From NCBI RefSeq assembly GCF_000195955.2, contig NC_000962.3:4230001-4262000 (forward strand): a stretch of 32,000 bases of DNA. Reading direction: 5' to 3'. The notes under the pieces are model-generated. The model had not been told where the DNA came from, did no database searches, and was given only the letters and a program-made list of their open reading frames with translations. The position numbers and the translations under genes are program-made. How positions within the stretch are numbered: the stretch's first letter is position 1; the number at the start of each line of letters is the position of its first letter. Shown here one piece after another: positions 31,153-32,000 of the stretch. Source of the DNA: Mycobacterium tuberculosis H37Rv (GTDB taxonomy: Bacteria > Actinomycetota > Actinomycetes > Mycobacteriales > Mycobacteriaceae).

Positions 31153-32000
31153 TCAGTCCGAAGTGGCGAAGACCGTCGGGGAACCCACGCCACTGCGCAG
31201 GCTGCCGTCGAGGTAGGCCGCACGGCAGGCGCGGCGGCCGATCTTGCCGCTGGAGGTTCGCGGAATCGTGCCGGCCGACACCAGCAGGACGTCACGCACG
31301 GTCACCCCATGCCCGACGGCGATGGCCGCCCGGATGTCATCGACGATGGGCTGGTGGTCGAGCTTATGCGTGCCGGCCGCCCGTTCGCCGACGATCACCA
31401 GCTGCTCGGAGGTGTCCTCGGGGTCGAATTTCAGCCCGGCGTGCGAGTCGTCGAACACTGTCTGAGGAAGCTGGTTGGCCGGAACCGAGAAGGCCGCCGC
31501 GTAGCCAACCCGCAACGCCTTGGTCGACTCCTGCGCCGTGCACTCGAGATCCTGTGGGTAGTGATTGCGGCCGTCGATGATGACGAGGTCCTTGATCCGG
31601 CCGGCTATGTAGAGGTGGTCCTTGAAGTAGGTGCCGTAGTCGCCGGTACGCACCCACAGCGCGTCGTCTGGGGCGCCCTCGGCGCGCGACTCGCTGATCC
31701 GCGATTTGAGGATGTTCTTGAAGGTCTGGGCGGACTCTTCTTCTTTGCCCCAATAACCGGTACCCAAGTTGTTGCCGTGCAGCCAGATCTCACCGATCTG
31801 TCCGTCCGGCAGTTCGCTGGCCGTGTCGGCGTCGACGATGACCGCCCATTCGCTGACCCCGACCTTGCCCGCAGAGACCTGGGCGACGGCGTTGGGTGCA
31901 TCGGCGGCCACCTCAACGAACCGCTGGTTGTTCAGCTCGTCGCGGTCCACGTGGATCACGGTGGGCACCTCGTCCATCGGCGTGGTCGAGACGAACAGCG
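31153..32000 (-). CDS. fadD32: Long-chain fatty-acid-AMP ligase FadD32, C-terminal portion (5' end beyond window)
   Basis: Partial ORF: [75 protein letters not shown]; immediately upstream of pks13 on the same strand. Confidence 0.95.

Noticed and set aside
1-32000. CRISPR arrays, phage genes, toxin-antitoxin or defence systems
   Set aside because: No regularly spaced repeats, no cas/phage/restriction-like proteins; all long plausible ORFs are accounted for by cell-wall metabolism genes and one insertion sequence.
1-32000. tRNA or rRNA genes
   Set aside because: No cloverleaf or rRNA-like sequence was recognised by eye in the short intergenic gaps; tRNAscan-SE/Infernal would be needed to exclude small RNAs fully.

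Overview
The window is almost certainly a Mycobacterium tuberculosis-complex chromosomal segment carrying the arabinogalactan / mycolic-acid cell-wall locus. I recognise the genes and gene order from memory; no database search was run. Left to right: the 3' end of an ABC-2 polysaccharide permease, an NAD-dependent sugar epimerase (Rv3784-like), a protein of unknown function (Rv3785-like), a GT2-like plus degenerate M23/LytM-like protein (Rv3786c-like), a SAM-dependent methyltransferase (Rv3787c-like), a GreA-like protein (Rv3788-like), a GtrA-family protein (Rv3789-like), dprE1, dprE2, aftA, the tandem paralogues embC-embA-embB, a secreted metallo-beta-lactamase-fold protein (Rv3796-like), fadE35, an intact IS1557-type ISL3-family insertion sequence, and the minus-strand operon fadD32(partial)-pks13-accD4. 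I see no CRISPR, toxin-antitoxin, phage or defence locus. The most interesting non-annotated structure is a dispersed GAGCAGACG(C/T)AAAAGCCCCC hairpin repeat. It occurs three times: inside the 5' coding end of aftA, inside the 5' coding end of embB, and between the convergent fadE35 and accD4. IS1557 has inserted precisely into the loop of the third copy, with an 8-bp target duplication CAATTCGT. Other points are the predicted catalytic degeneration of the M23-like domain of the Rv3786c-like protein, a plausible leaderless embA promoter, and wild-type alleles at the checked ethambutol and benzothiazinone resistance codons.
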